From NCBI GenBank assembly GCA_965541585.1, contig CBEUCH010000006.1, positions 32,001 through 96,000 on the forward strand: a DNA stretch of 64,000 bases, in the 5' to 3' direction. Of this stretch, positions 10,826 through 21,416 are shown piece by piece (positions within the stretch are counted from its first letter, which is position 1; each line of letters starts with the position of its first letter). The notes beneath the pieces were generated by a model, which did no database searches, had not been told where the DNA came from, and saw only the letters and a program-made list of their open reading frames with translations. The stretch comes from an uncultured bacterium. Its GTDB lineage: Bacteria; Zixibacteria; MSB-5A5; UBA10806. The position numbers were made by a program, and so were the translations under genes.

Positions 10826-12211
10826 CTATTTATCCAGTGTCATGAATAGACTATTGAGCGATTCACCCATTGTGGGGTGGGCGAATATTGCATCTCTTAA
10901 AGTTGTATAGGACAGTTTTCCCATCATGGCGATCTGCAGCATGTTCATCACCTCGCCACCCTCGTAACCGAGAACAGCGCAACCCAGGATCTGTCCGGTC
11001 TTATTTTCCACAATGGCTTTCATAAACCCATTGGTTTCCTCGATCTCCAGGGCGCGCGCAATATAATTCATGGGAAGTCTGGCAACACGGAATTCATAGC
11101 CCCGCTCTTTAGCTTCCCTTTCCGACAGGCCGATCCGTCCGAGTTGGGGATCGATAAAGATAGTAGATGGTATCAGCCGGCCATCTATGCCGACGTTCCC
11201 TCCATTGAGCAGGTTTGCCCGGATGATCCTGTAATCATCGTATGAAATATGTGTGAACGCCGGTCCCCCTTTAACATCGCCTAACGCATAAACACCTTCG
11301 ATGTTGGTCTCAAGGCGGTTGCTTACTTTAATATATCCTTTGTCGTCGGTCTCTATGCCAGCGCTATCCAGGTTGAGATTTTCCGAGTTGGGCCTTCTGC
11401 CGGTGGCAATCAAAAGATGAGAACAGGTAATCGTCTTTTCAGCGTCAGGATTTTCAAGAGTTATATCTGTCTTTTTGTTACCTGATCCCTTTATATGTTT
11501 GGGAATTGTATTGAGCAGTATTTTTATCCCTTCGCCGCCCAGGATTGTTGCGACTTCCTCGGAAACATCAGTATCCTCTCCGGTCAACAATCTCCCTGAA
11601 CGCTGGACGATCGTCACCTTGCTGCCGAATCGGCGAAACATCTGGCCGAACTCCAGGCCGATATAGCCTCCGCCCAGAACAACCAGGTGTTCGGGTATCG
11701 TTCCCAGCTCCATGATCGATGTTGAATCCAGGAAAGGAACGTTATCCAGGCCATCTATGGCTGGGATTGTTGGTCTGGCGCCGGTATTTATAAAGATCTT
11801 TTTGGCCTTTAACTGGCTAACTCCGCCTTCGTTGCGCTGCACCTGAACAGTTTTCGCCCCTGTGAAGCTGGCCAGTCCGAAGATCAAATCCAGGTTTTCT
11901 GCATCCTCGAGTCGTTTCCGGGATCCATTTCGCCAGCTCTCGACAATGTCTCCTTTCCGCTGACGAATCTTTTTCATATCGATTTTTATTTCGCCGGTTT
12001 CGATACCGTAATCGGATGATCGCCGGGCTGTATAGGCTGCTCTGGCGCTGGCCATCATAGTCTTGGTTGGTGTACAGCCGACGTTTATACAGGTCCCTCC
12101 TACATGCGTGCTCTCCACCAGAGCGGTTTTCCAACCGGCGGCCGCCAGAGCAAGGGCCAGGGGATTACCGCCTTGCCCCGATCCTATTATGATACCATCA
12201 TATTGATCCAT
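10826..12211 (-). CDS. pyridine nucleotide-disulfide oxidoreductase (MerA/RclA/lipoamide dehydrogenase-like)
   Basis: GSGQGG FAD motif, 'GGTCINVGCTPTK' redox disulfide, GGGYIGLE NAD(P) motif, C-terminal HPTxxE; no MerA C-terminal Cys-Cys. Confidence 0.9.
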   Translation of the reverse strand: MDQYDGIIIGSGQGGNPLALALAAAGWKTALVESTHVGGTCINVGCTPTKTMMASARAAYTARRSSDYGIETGEIKIDMKKIRQRKGDIVESWRNGSRKRLEDAENLDLIFGLASFTGAKTVQVQRNEGGVSQLKAKKIFINTGARPTIPAIDGLDNVPFLDSTSIMELGTIPEHLVVLGGGYIGLEFGQMFRRFGSKVTIVQRSGRLLTGEDTDVSEEVATILGGEGIKILLNTIPKHIKGSGNKKTDITLENPDAEKTITCSHLLIATGRRPNSENLNLDSAGIETDDKGYIKVSNRLETNIEGVYALGDVKGGPAFTHISYDDYRIIRANLLNGGNVGIDGRLIPSTIFIDPQLGRIGLSEREAKERGYEFRVARLPMNYIARALEIEETNGFMKAIVENKTGQILGCAVLGYEGGEVMNMLQIAMMGKLSYTTLRDAIFAHPTMGESLNSLFMTLDK

Positions 12212-12253
12212 GTTGCGGTCGGTCCTTTCTAGATTTGGGCGATTCCTGTATCA

Positions 12254-13264
12254 TTACTTCGGCCCCGGTTTATTGACGCGCCAGACGGAGTCCATGAAAT
12301 AGCCACGGGAGTCAAAAAAGTTTTCTTCGAGAATAAATCCGGTTTCGTTTGCCAGCAACTCAACATCGGAAAGCAAATACTTATATGAATATTCGATATG
12401 AATCGGTTCCCAGGCCTTGAATTGGAAGGAGCGCCCGATCTGCTCTATGTAAACCTCCTGGTCCTCCAGGCTGACGAGATAGCTTTGCATAGCCCCCTGG
12501 AAAACATCATACGTGCCAAAATGGCGAAACTTTGAAAGATCAAAATTCCCCTTCAATTCTTTATTGATACGTCGAAGCATATTCAGATTGAATTCCCTGG
12601 TTACTCCTTTGGAATCGTTATAGGCGCAGAGCAGAAGCTCGATATCTTTTTTCAGATCGAATCCTATCAGTATCAGATCATCGTGGTTAAGGCAGTTCCA
12701 GACATTTCGCAGGAAGATTCTTGATTGAGCGTGATTGAAATTACCTATTGTCGATCCCAGAAACAATATGAAATCTCTTCGGTTGAATCTGTTGTTCAAC
12801 CACTTAAGGCCGGTGAAATAATCCGATACCAGGCCGTTTGTTTCCAGTTCTGGAAAGCGTTTGTCCATTGATTTAACGAGTTCACGCATGGCCGGTTCTG
12901 AAATGTCTATCGGTACATATTGAAATTGCAGGTTTGAAAGAATATAGTGCTGGAGCAAACTTTCCGTCTTACGTGCCTCGCCGGGGCCGAGCTCCACCAG
13001 GTTGAAAGGCTGATCGGCGACGAATTGAGCTATGTCTTCTTTGTATTTTTCGAGAATCTCCAGCTCGCAGTTGGTCAGATAATATTCCGGCAGGCGCGTG
13101 ATAGCCTTGAATAGCTCGCTGCCATGTTCATCGTAGAGGTATTTAGATGAGATCGATTTAGGCGTTTCGGAAAGTCCCACAAGCACATCGAGGGCAAAGG
13201 AGTCCTTCTCTTTGAATGAGTCGGCGTAATCTTTTTGATCGATTATTTTGTAGGTTGCTGACAT
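12254..13264 (-). CDS. egtD: L-histidine N-alpha-methyltransferase (hercynine synthase)
   Basis: 'K.I.SKYLYD..GS.LF..IT.LPEYYLT..E', 'VELGPG', 'FLGSTIGNF', 'AYND..GVT..FNLN', 'E.IHIEYSYKY' EgtD motifs. Confidence 0.9.
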   Translation of the reverse strand: MSATYKIIDQKDYADSFKEKDSFALDVLVGLSETPKSISSKYLYDEHGSELFKAITRLPEYYLTNCELEILEKYKEDIAQFVADQPFNLVELGPGEARKTESLLQHYILSNLQFQYVPIDISEPAMRELVKSMDKRFPELETNGLVSDYFTGLKWLNNRFNRRDFILFLGSTIGNFNHAQSRIFLRNVWNCLNHDDLILIGFDLKKDIELLLCAYNDSKGVTREFNLNMLRRINKELKGNFDLSKFRHFGTYDVFQGAMQSYLVSLEDQEVYIEQIGRSFQFKAWEPIHIEYSYKYLLSDVELLANETGFILEENFFDSRGYFMDSVWRVNKPGPK

Positions 13265-13485
13265 CTGATAATTTATCCTATTGTGAAATTTAGGCCTTTC
13301 GAATCCAGCCCATGGATCGGTTCACGGTTTCCATGCCTGAAAACGTCTCTGCGAAACCAGCCGGAATCAAGAGGGAGAATTTTAGCAGCTTCGCACAGCC
13401 TATAATAATTAAGTTTTCTCATCATGACAACAAAAGAAACTTAAAAGGCAATCGGACAGGTTCCCGATACCCCTTCAGCTGACTT

Positions 13486-15006
13486 TTACTCCCGGCTAAA
13501 CATGAACGAATGCAGGTAATCGGCTGCATCGCTGACGGAAACGTTTTCGGAATCAACCATATTATTGGCTCGCCGCATCTGGTCGTCGTCGATGGCATCG
13601 ATTAATGAGTGAAGAGCAGGAGCCAGCCCCGGTTTTTCCGAAGCATCTGGCGATAAAAGCAGGACGGCGTCGTACGGAGGTAATGCCTGCAGGGGATCGT
13701 CGAGAACTGTAAGATCGTAGGCGACTATACGGCCGTCGGTGGAATAGGCGGAGATAACATCCACCTGGCCCTGGTTCACCGCCGAGTACATGAGAGTCGG
13801 ATCCAAAGTCAACTTTTCTCCGAACTGCAGGTTGTATTTGCTCTCCAGGGCGGCCCACTCGGGGCGGCTGAAGAACTCATAGTCGCTGCCTATCGTGATC
13901 GTTTTTGAGTGCAGAGCCAGATCGACAATGGTTTTGACACCAAGGATTTCGGCCTGCGTCCGGGGCATGGCCAGGGCGTATGTATTCTCGAATCCCAGGG
14001 GCCCGAGACAGACGATACCATGCTTATCTTTAAGCCAGCGTGTCATTTCGCTAAGAACCACATCCGCAGCAGGGTTGTCCTTCCGCTTCATATGGTTGGC
14101 CCATACAGTGCCGCTGTAGTCGACATAGCAATCGATATTGCCGTTAGATAGCGCATCAAAAAGGATGGTCGATCCCATGCTGGTCTTGGTTTCAGTCTCG
14201 AAACCGGCATCCTCAAGTATCCTCCCCATCAGTTCAGCGAGTATATATTGTTCGGTGAATGGTTTGGCTCCTATGACTACCTCAGAGGCACCATCACCGG
14301 TTCTATCATGAGATAAAACGGGATATAATCCTCCGCTCAATACCATAAGAAGTAATAATGCGGCGATGGATCCCAGTATACGGCTGCGTTTGGTGATGGC
14401 TATTTCAACTAAGCGAATTAATTGATCCAGGATGATAGCCAGACCGGCCGCCGCGACGCATCCCACGATCACCGCGGTCGGGTTCTGGGTTTGCAACCCG
14501 CTGAAGATGTAGTTGCCGAGGCTGGTGGCTCCAACCGGTGTCGAGAGTGTGGCAGTTCCGACCACCCAGACGGTGGCCGTGCGTATGCCGGCTATTATTA
14601 CCGGGGTGGCCAGTGGGATTTCGACTTTGAATAAGATCTGGCTCGATGTCATCCCGATACCGCGGGCGGCCTCGGTGAGGGCGGGATCGACACCAAGTAT
14701 GCCGGTGACAGTATTGCGGATTATCGGCAGCATGCTGTAAAGGACCAGGGCGATGAGCGCCGGTAGAAAACCAATCCGCCCTAAAATCGGGACCATAAGC
14801 GCCAGAAGGGCAATGCCGGGTATGGTCTGCATAACGCCGGCAAAGGTCAGAGTCGGCCACTGAAGCGGTTTGATACGTGTAATCAAAAAAGCCGTAGGCA
14901 GGCAGACGGCGATCCCTATGGTAAGAGCGACGATGGTCAAAAGCAGGTGGCCACCGAGATAATCGGGGAGCAGAGCCAGTTGTTCTACTAAAGCATCAGA
15001 CATCAT
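13486..15006 (-). CDS. fused permease + substrate-binding subunit of quaternary-amine ABC importer (OpuB/EgtU-type)
   Basis: 'QTIPGIAL', 'EAARGIGM' EAA loop, then SBP motifs 'KPFTEQ', 'DYSGT', 'GFENTYALA', 'YSTDGRI', 'PPYDA'; start overlaps ATPase stop. Confidence 0.9.
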   Translation of the reverse strand: MMSDALVEQLALLPDYLGGHLLLTIVALTIGIAVCLPTAFLITRIKPLQWPTLTFAGVMQTIPGIALLALMVPILGRIGFLPALIALVLYSMLPIIRNTVTGILGVDPALTEAARGIGMTSSQILFKVEIPLATPVIIAGIRTATVWVVGTATLSTPVGATSLGNYIFSGLQTQNPTAVIVGCVAAAGLAIILDQLIRLVEIAITKRSRILGSIAALLLLMVLSGGLYPVLSHDRTGDGASEVVIGAKPFTEQYILAELMGRILEDAGFETETKTSMGSTILFDALSNGNIDCYVDYSGTVWANHMKRKDNPAADVVLSEMTRWLKDKHGIVCLGPLGFENTYALAMPRTQAEILGVKTIVDLALHSKTITIGSDYEFFSRPEWAALESKYNLQFGEKLTLDPTLMYSAVNQGQVDVISAYSTDGRIVAYDLTVLDDPLQALPPYDAVLLLSPDASEKPGLAPALHSLIDAIDDDQMRRANNMVDSENVSVSDAADYLHSFMFSRE

Positions 15007-15778
15007 CGGCCTCTTTCTCACCGATTATCTTCTCCATCCGCAAGGTCTGTTTTCTGGGGGTCTCCATCAGAGAAGATACATACGGATGTCCCGGATCGGT
15101 TAGAATCATACGCGGCGTGTCGATCCGAACGATACGCCCGGCCTCCATCACCGCTATTCTATCCGCCAGTAGCAGAGCTTCGGTAACATCATGCGTGACC
15201 ATGACGACAGTCAGGCCGAGATTTTTCTGCAATTGCTCGAATTCGCTTTGCAGGGCGCTGCGGGTGATGGGATCGAGGGCGCCGAACGGTTCATCCATGA
15301 GCATGACGCTCGGCTCTGCCGCTAACGCCCGGGCCACGCCGACACGCTGCCTCTGCCCGCCCGACAGTTCTGATGGATTGCGATCCCTGAACCGATCCGC
15401 CGGCAAACCGACCATTTCCAGAAGCTCATCGCCCCGCTTGTCAATATCCGCTTTCCCCCATCCGAGCAGCTTCGGCACGGCGGCGACGTTCTCGGCCACG
15501 CTCATATGGGGAAAAAGCCCGATCTCCTGGAAGACATATCCGATCCCTCGACGCAGCATGACGGGATCGACCGTTGAGACGTCCTTGCCGTCGACTAATA
15601 TCCTGCCCGATGACGGTTCTATGAGACGGTTTATCATCTTTAAGGTTGTGGTTTTGCCGCAGCCGGATTCACCCAATAGAACCAGGAATTCACCCTCGGC
15701 AACCTCGAGGTCTATGTCTCTGACGGCAAGAGTGGCTCCTTTATGGTATGTTTTGGAGACTTTTTCGAGCTTGATCAA
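14996..15778 (-). CDS. ABC transporter ATP-binding subunit (OpuBA/EgtV-type)
   Basis: Walker A GESGCGKTT, LSGGQRQR signature, 'MDEPFGALDP'. Confidence 0.92.
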   Translation of the reverse strand: MIKLEKVSKTYHKGATLAVRDIDLEVAEGEFLVLLGESGCGKTTTLKMINRLIEPSSGRILVDGKDVSTVDPVMLRRGIGYVFQEIGLFPHMSVAENVAAVPKLLGWGKADIDKRGDELLEMVGLPADRFRDRNPSELSGGQRQRVGVARALAAEPSVMLMDEPFGALDPITRSALQSEFEQLQKNLGLTVVMVTHDVTEALLLADRIAVMEAGRIVRIDTPRMILTDPGHPYVSSLMETPRKQTLRMEKIIGEKEADDV

Positions 15779-15889
15779 AATCGCCTTTCCGATATCCTCT
15801 TATCGATTGTTTTCCAAGATAATGTTTATATACCCAAACTCAAGGATATAAATAAATATGTCATTCCCGCGCGAACAGAATCCAGCTTA

Positions 15890-17353
15890 TTATTTCAACA
15901 ACACCATCTTTACATTCTCAGATCGTCCCCCCGCCTCCAACCGTACGAAATAGACGCCGGAAGGTTTTTCCCTGCCATCCCATATTACCTGATGATAGCC
16001 TGCTGGCTGTTGCTTTCTGATCAACGTTTCCACCCTGCGCCCAAGGATGTCGTAGATTTTGATGGTTACATCTGCGGCTTCAGGTAGACTATATAGAATA
16101 ATTGTAGAAACGTTGAAGGGATTCGGATGATTCTGATGCAAGGAGAAAATAATTGGCAGAGCATTACTGTCTTCCATATCTGTTTGGTCAGCGGTTAATC
16201 TTATTAGATAAACATCGTAATTACCTTGGCCGAACGAGCGTGTAGCTCCTGCGACGAGATATCCACCGTCGGCGGTTTGCGTCACTGAATAGCCTTGATC
16301 AGTTTCGGCTCCGCCATACATCTTAGTCCAGAGAGTATCACCGTCTGCATCGATCTTTATAACATAAATATCATAATTCACTTCGTTGTGCGAATTGGTA
16401 AATCCAGTAATAATGAATCTGCCGTTGGAGGTTTGCCGAATTGATAGGCCAACGTCATAACCAATTCCTCCATAAGTTCTCGTCCAGAGGCTGTCGCCGC
16501 CGGCATCTGTCTTTATAAGGTAGACATCTGTTTCATCTACACCGAACGATCGAGTAATTCCCGCAATAAGATATCCATCTTCAGCGGTTTGCGTTATTGA
16601 GTAGGCTCGATCAGCCTCAGCCCCGCCAAATGTTTTTGTCCATAGAGTATCTCCGTTAGCGTCAGTCTTCAAAAGGTAAACGTCGAGATCACCCTCCCCA
16701 AACGAGTGTGTAGTTCCCGCAATTACATATCCGCCATCTGAGGTTTCCTGAACCGACCATCCGATTTCCCAATCCCAACCTCCGTATGCCTTTGTCCAGA
16801 GTGTATCACCGCTGGAATCCGTCTTTATAAGGTAAACATCGTGGTAACCTTCACCATACGATGATGTAGATCCGGTAATTATGTATCCGCCATCAGACGT
16901 CTCTTGAACGGAAAGGCCAGATTCCCCACCTGCTCCTCCATATGTTCTTGTCCAGAGAGTATCTCCGCTGGCATCGACCTTTAAAAGGTAAATGTTTACT
17001 TCGCCTTCTCCAAACGAGTGTGTAGATCCCGCAATGATGTATCCGCCATCGCCAGTTTGCACAACCGAATTACTATAATCAGATTCAGTTCCTCCATATG
17101 TCCTAGTCCAGAGAGTGTCGCCACCACTATCCGTCTTTATAAGGTAGATATCCGCATCACCTTCGCCAAACGACTCTGAATGCCCAGTAACGACAAATCC
17201 GCCGTCGATGGTCTGCACAACTGATTTGCCAACATCATATTCATTCCCCCCGTAAGTCCTCGTCCACATTGTATCGGGAGCTTGAGCAAACAAGCTTGCC
17301 GCATGCAGCGATATAATCAATGAAAGCAATATGATATTCTGCCGCACGAACAT
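15890..17353 (-). CDS. secreted beta-propeller repeat protein with T9SS-like CTD
   Basis: About 7 'WTRTYGG...SV.QT.DGGY..AG.T.SFG...DVYL.KTD..GD' repeats; CTD. Confidence 0.85.
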   Translation of the reverse strand: MFVRQNIILLSLIISLHAASLFAQAPDTMWTRTYGGNEYDVGKSVVQTIDGGFVVTGHSESFGEGDADIYLIKTDSGGDTLWTRTYGGTESDYSNSVVQTGDGGYIIAGSTHSFGEGEVNIYLLKVDASGDTLWTRTYGGAGGESGLSVQETSDGGYIITGSTSSYGEGYHDVYLIKTDSSGDTLWTKAYGGWDWEIGWSVQETSDGGYVIAGTTHSFGEGDLDVYLLKTDANGDTLWTKTFGGAEADRAYSITQTAEDGYLIAGITRSFGVDETDVYLIKTDAGGDSLWTRTYGGIGYDVGLSIRQTSNGRFIITGFTNSHNEVNYDIYVIKIDADGDTLWTKMYGGAETDQGYSVTQTADGGYLVAGATRSFGQGNYDVYLIRLTADQTDMEDSNALPIIFSLHQNHPNPFNVSTIILYSLPEAADVTIKIYDILGRRVETLIRKQQPAGYHQVIWDGREKPSGVYFVRLEAGGRSENVKMVLLK

Positions 17354-17364
17354 ATCTCTCCTCT

Positions 17365-19884
17365 CTATTTCAGCAAAACCATTCTAATGGTCTTCGATTG
17401 CTCCTGTATCTCCAGCCGTGCGAAATAGACGCCGGAAGGGTAGTTCGCGGCATCCCAAATGAAGGCGTGTTCACCGGCCTGCTGAAATCCCTCGAACGGA
17501 ATTGCGATCCGCTGGCCTATAATGTTGTAAATCGTTAGAGCAACATTATCAGCTTGATCGAGGTTGTATCTCAACGTGGTTGCGGCATTAAACGGATTAG
17601 GATAGTTCTGTGTTAACGTGAACTGATTTGGAACTCGGGGGTCTTGACCATCTATACTCACCAGCGCCGAATCCCCACCGCCGTAAGCGCCCATATCGCT
17701 GAGGACTGTCCCCAGTCCCCATGAACAATCCAGGAGGCCGTCTAAGATGGCCGGGCTACCGGAGTCGATGCAGGGAGAGTCATATGGATCGCCGCAAGCG
17801 GTGGACATGAGATGAAAATCCCCGTTTTCCGGGTCCCTGAATAGAGGATCGACATCGATATTCCCATCGCCTTCCCAGCCGCCCTGGATATTGCAATAGG
17901 TGAATTCGGGATAAGAGTAGGATGAAACAATTTCCTGAGGATAGTCATTCCACAGGATTGTGTTTATAAAATCAGGTGATGAACTTCTGCAAAAGATCCC
18001 GCCGCCATATACCGCTGAATTTCCGCTGATGGTGAAATTTATAATTTTTAACCCATTAGGGGAAAATAATCCTATTCCACCTCCCTTTTCATCGGCCGAA
18101 TTATTTGTAACAATATTGTTATTGGTGGTCAGGTCGTAGGCAATTGCGCCGTGAAACGATATTCCTCCCCCATCACGCGCAGAATTAGAGTCGATCACGT
18201 TATCTCTTATTACAAACATCATTTCATCTCTAGAATAGTATAAGCCGCCTCCCGATCCTCGGACCTCATTTGCTGAAATATGATTATTGACAATTACCGG
18301 AATGGACCTACGGCAAAAAATCCCTCCCCCGTTTCCGGCCGTGTTTTGCCTGATCACATTGCCATAGATCTCCGGGTTGGAGTCGAGGCAGCATATGCCA
18401 CCGCCATAGTGATCAGCTATGTTTTCGCTGATTATATTATTGCGAATCCCGGGATCGGATCCATTGCAGTTGATGCCGCCGCCGTTTTCAGCATTTCCGT
18501 TAACAATAGTGAAGCCGGTAACCGATGTGGTACTGTCGCAGAAATCGATCGATATAACGGATGAAACCGATCCACCGTCGATAATCGTCATCTCTATATC
18601 AATTGGATCGTATGAAAATATGTAATTTGACGCGAGTGTTATGTTCTTGTAATTAATGGCGACATTCTCGATGTAGCTTCCGTTCAGAACAAGAACCGTA
18701 TCCTGATGATAAGAGACATTTACCGCGTGCTGGATCGTTCTGAATGGATTTTCCCGGGAACCGTCTCCGGTATTGTCATCGCCGTCAACGGATACAAACG
18801 AGATATTACCAGAGTCGCAATCCGGGTGGTCGGGGAAGAACTTACCGATATCTGATCGGGTACCGTCAGGATCTTCCGTTTCCGGATCTCCGGTATCTAT
18901 ACAGGGTGATTCAGAACAGATATTAAAATTCCAGTTGAGAGGATCTATGAACAGGGGATCGAGGTCGATATTGCCTTCGCCCTCCCAACCACCTTCAATG
19001 TCGCAATAAGTTATATCAGGGGAACCGCGGCTTGTATCTATTGCGGATGGAGTATTACTCCATATGATGGTGTTTCTTATTAGTGGATTACAATCCCAGA
19101 TATCAACACTTGGGCCGCCCGTGTTTCCGCTTATAGTATTGTTAACGATCACGGCATTTGACTCACGGCATTGGATGGCGGCACCACTTCCATAGGGCGA
19201 ATGATTACGCGCAATCATATTGCCAATTATTTCGGGTTCCGAATGAAAGAGGTAGATTCCCCCGCCGTGCCCGTCAATAAAGCCGTATGCGTAATTTTCC
19301 ATAATGAGGTTATCGGAGATTAATGGGTTGGAATAGTAACAGAAGATACCGCCGCCCAATCCGGGTTCTCCTCTCACTACGTTTTGCATAACCAAGTTGT
19401 TTAAAATCCATGGATCGGAAAACCAACAGCAGATTCCACCGCCTTTTCCAAACTGACCGGGGGCTTTGTTCTCTGTTATTATATTGAAACTTATAATGGG
19501 ATTTGAACCATCGAAGCAGTAAATTCCTCCGCCGCGGTCGCTGAATCCGTTTCTTATGGTAAGACCGGAGATTATGGCCGTGCTATCCTCCCCGCTTTCA
19601 AATGTCACCACCGATCCCGAGGAATCCCCATCAATAATAGTCTCGGCGATATACGTCGTATCTCCCGTGGTCAAAAAGAGCGAGCCCAGGACAATATTAT
19701 GCCCGTTGAAATTGATATTTTCGACGTAAGTACCCGGATGCACGAGCACCGTGTCGCCATCAGTGGAGGCATCAATGCCCTCTTGGATCGTCGGGTAATC
19801 GTCGGGGATGTTGATGATTGTTGCGGATGCATTTAGCCAGACCAGAGCGATGGGAATCGTCAAAATCAGCCAGTGCCTTTTCAT
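17365..19884 (-). CDS. right-handed parallel beta-helix protein (two modules) with T9SS-like CTD
   Basis: 'DYPTIQEGID...GDTVLV.PGTY.ENI', many 'GGGI.C' repeats; GAGGAGG RBS before ATG 19884. Confidence 0.85.
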   Translation of the reverse strand: MKRHWLILTIPIALVWLNASATIINIPDDYPTIQEGIDASTDGDTVLVHPGTYVENINFNGHNIVLGSLFLTTGDTTYIAETIIDGDSSGSVVTFESGEDSTAIISGLTIRNGFSDRGGGIYCFDGSNPIISFNIITENKAPGQFGKGGGICCWFSDPWILNNLVMQNVVRGEPGLGGGIFCYYSNPLISDNLIMENYAYGFIDGHGGGIYLFHSEPEIIGNMIARNHSPYGSGAAIQCRESNAVIVNNTISGNTGGPSVDIWDCNPLIRNTIIWSNTPSAIDTSRGSPDITYCDIEGGWEGEGNIDLDPLFIDPLNWNFNICSESPCIDTGDPETEDPDGTRSDIGKFFPDHPDCDSGNISFVSVDGDDNTGDGSRENPFRTIQHAVNVSYHQDTVLVLNGSYIENVAINYKNITLASNYIFSYDPIDIEMTIIDGGSVSSVISIDFCDSTTSVTGFTIVNGNAENGGGINCNGSDPGIRNNIISENIADHYGGGICCLDSNPEIYGNVIRQNTAGNGGGIFCRRSIPVIVNNHISANEVRGSGGGLYYSRDEMMFVIRDNVIDSNSARDGGGISFHGAIAYDLTTNNNIVTNNSADEKGGGIGLFSPNGLKIINFTISGNSAVYGGGIFCRSSSPDFINTILWNDYPQEIVSSYSYPEFTYCNIQGGWEGDGNIDVDPLFRDPENGDFHLMSTACGDPYDSPCIDSGSPAILDGLLDCSWGLGTVLSDMGAYGGGDSALVSIDGQDPRVPNQFTLTQNYPNPFNAATTLRYNLDQADNVALTIYNIIGQRIAIPFEGFQQAGEHAFIWDAANYPSGVYFARLEIQEQSKTIRMVLLK

Positions 19885-20009
19885 TAATCCCTCCTCTTTA
19901 TGAGTAGAAACAATCATCCTCAGATGTCGGCAAGCAAATGCTGCGATAATATATACAGTGAAGCCGCCGTTTTATTTCCCTTCGTCTCGGATTTTTTCTA
20001 TAAATCGTG

Positions 20010-21416
20010 CTATTTCAACAACACCATCTTCACGTTCTCCGATCGCTGCCCTGCCTCCAGCCGGACGAAATAGACGCCGGAGGGATAATCCGGGGCATCC
20101 CAGACGACGGCATGTTCGCCTGCCTGCTGAAAACCCTCGAACAGTATCGTGACCCGCTCGCCGAGAATGTTGTAGATCGTTAGAGCAACATTATCAGCTT
20201 GATCGAGGCTGTATTTCAGCGAGGTTGTGGCATTAAATGGATTGGGGTAGTTTTGCTTCAATAAGAGCCGATCTGGCAGGTAAACGTCGTCATCGTAGAT
20301 ACCGACAGTGGTCGAATCCCCACCGCCGTGAGCGCCCATATCGCTGAGGACTGTCCCCAGTCCCCATGAACAATCCAGGAGGCTGTCTAAGATGGCCGGG
20401 CTGCCGGAGTCGATGCAGGGTGAATCATACGGATCGCCGCATTCGGTGGACATAAGATGGAAATCGCCGTTTTGGGGATCTCGGAAGAGGGGGTCGATGT
20501 CGATATTCCCATCGCCTTCCCAGCCGCCCTGAATGTTGGAGAAAGATATTTGGGGTTCTCCGTTATATAATACATAAATCTCATTACTTTCTGCTAATGC
20601 AGTATCAGCCCAAAATATATTATTGGTAATTATAGGATGTGAATTAGATGAACAGCAGATTCCGCCTCCATAGAGAGCTGTATTTTTAGAAATTGTATTA
20701 TTGATTATCGTGGGATTGGCCTGCCAGAAATATAAACCACCGCCCTCCCGTTCTGCATAGTTTCCGATAATTATATTATCGGTTATTATTGGATTGGGAC
20801 AGTAATGACCATAAATGCCTCCTCCATACCATTGGATAGAATTGCCGTAAATAATATTATTGCTGATAGTTGAATTGGTGCCTTCTAAACATATTCCACC
20901 ACCCCAATAATGGGCAGTATTTGCAAGTATCATATTATAAATAATCTTAGGAGTATGATCATTGCCTCGGCAAATTATTCCGCCGCCATCATCGCGGGCG
21001 ATATTTCCGATAATGATGTTGTTTGTAATGATCGGATCGCAAAAATATACATAAATCCCACCCCCCACGGTAGCATAACCATTCTGTATAGTAAACCCCG
21101 TGAGGACGGCAGTGCTGTCCTCATCATTAGCAAAATTAATAACATGCCCCGACGAATCTCCATCTATCACCGTCATTGAAATATAGCTCGTATCCCCCGT
21201 AGTCAAAAATAAGGACCCCAGAACAATATTATGCCCATTGAAATTGATGTTTTCCACATAAGTTCCGGGCTGGACCAATACCGTGTCGCCGTCGGTAGAG
21301 GCGTCTATCCCCTGCTGGATGGTCGGATAATCGCCGGGGATGTTGATAATCGTCGCCGAAGCGGTCAGAAAGAGGCCAACACCCAAAATCCCTGTCAATA
21401 TGAAATTTTGTTTCAT
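20010..21416 (-). CDS. right-handed parallel beta-helix protein with T9SS-like CTD (paralogue of 17365-19884)
   Basis: Same N-terminal and 'SPCIDSG..DCSWGLG...SDMGA.GG' segments; CTD. Confidence 0.85.
   Translation of the reverse strand: MKQNFILTGILGVGLFLTASATIINIPGDYPTIQQGIDASTDGDTVLVQPGTYVENINFNGHNIVLGSLFLTTGDTSYISMTVIDGDSSGHVINFANDEDSTAVLTGFTIQNGYATVGGGIYVYFCDPIITNNIIIGNIARDDGGGIICRGNDHTPKIIYNMILANTAHYWGGGICLEGTNSTISNNIIYGNSIQWYGGGIYGHYCPNPIITDNIIIGNYAEREGGGLYFWQANPTIINNTISKNTALYGGGICCSSNSHPIITNNIFWADTALAESNEIYVLYNGEPQISFSNIQGGWEGDGNIDIDPLFRDPQNGDFHLMSTECGDPYDSPCIDSGSPAILDSLLDCSWGLGTVLSDMGAHGGGDSTTVGIYDDDVYLPDRLLLKQNYPNPFNATTSLKYSLDQADNVALTIYNILGERVTILFEGFQQAGEHAVVWDAPDYPSGVYFVRLEAGQRSENVKMVLLK

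Noticed and set aside
10826..12211. Mercuric reductase merA
   Set aside because: No C-terminal Cys-Cys pair, no NmerA domain and no mer operon genes.
15117..15851. Long antisense or alternate-frame ORFs (also 2452-3123, 28370-29077, 60460-61116)
   Set aside because: Shadows of well-supported genes, with no motifs of their own.
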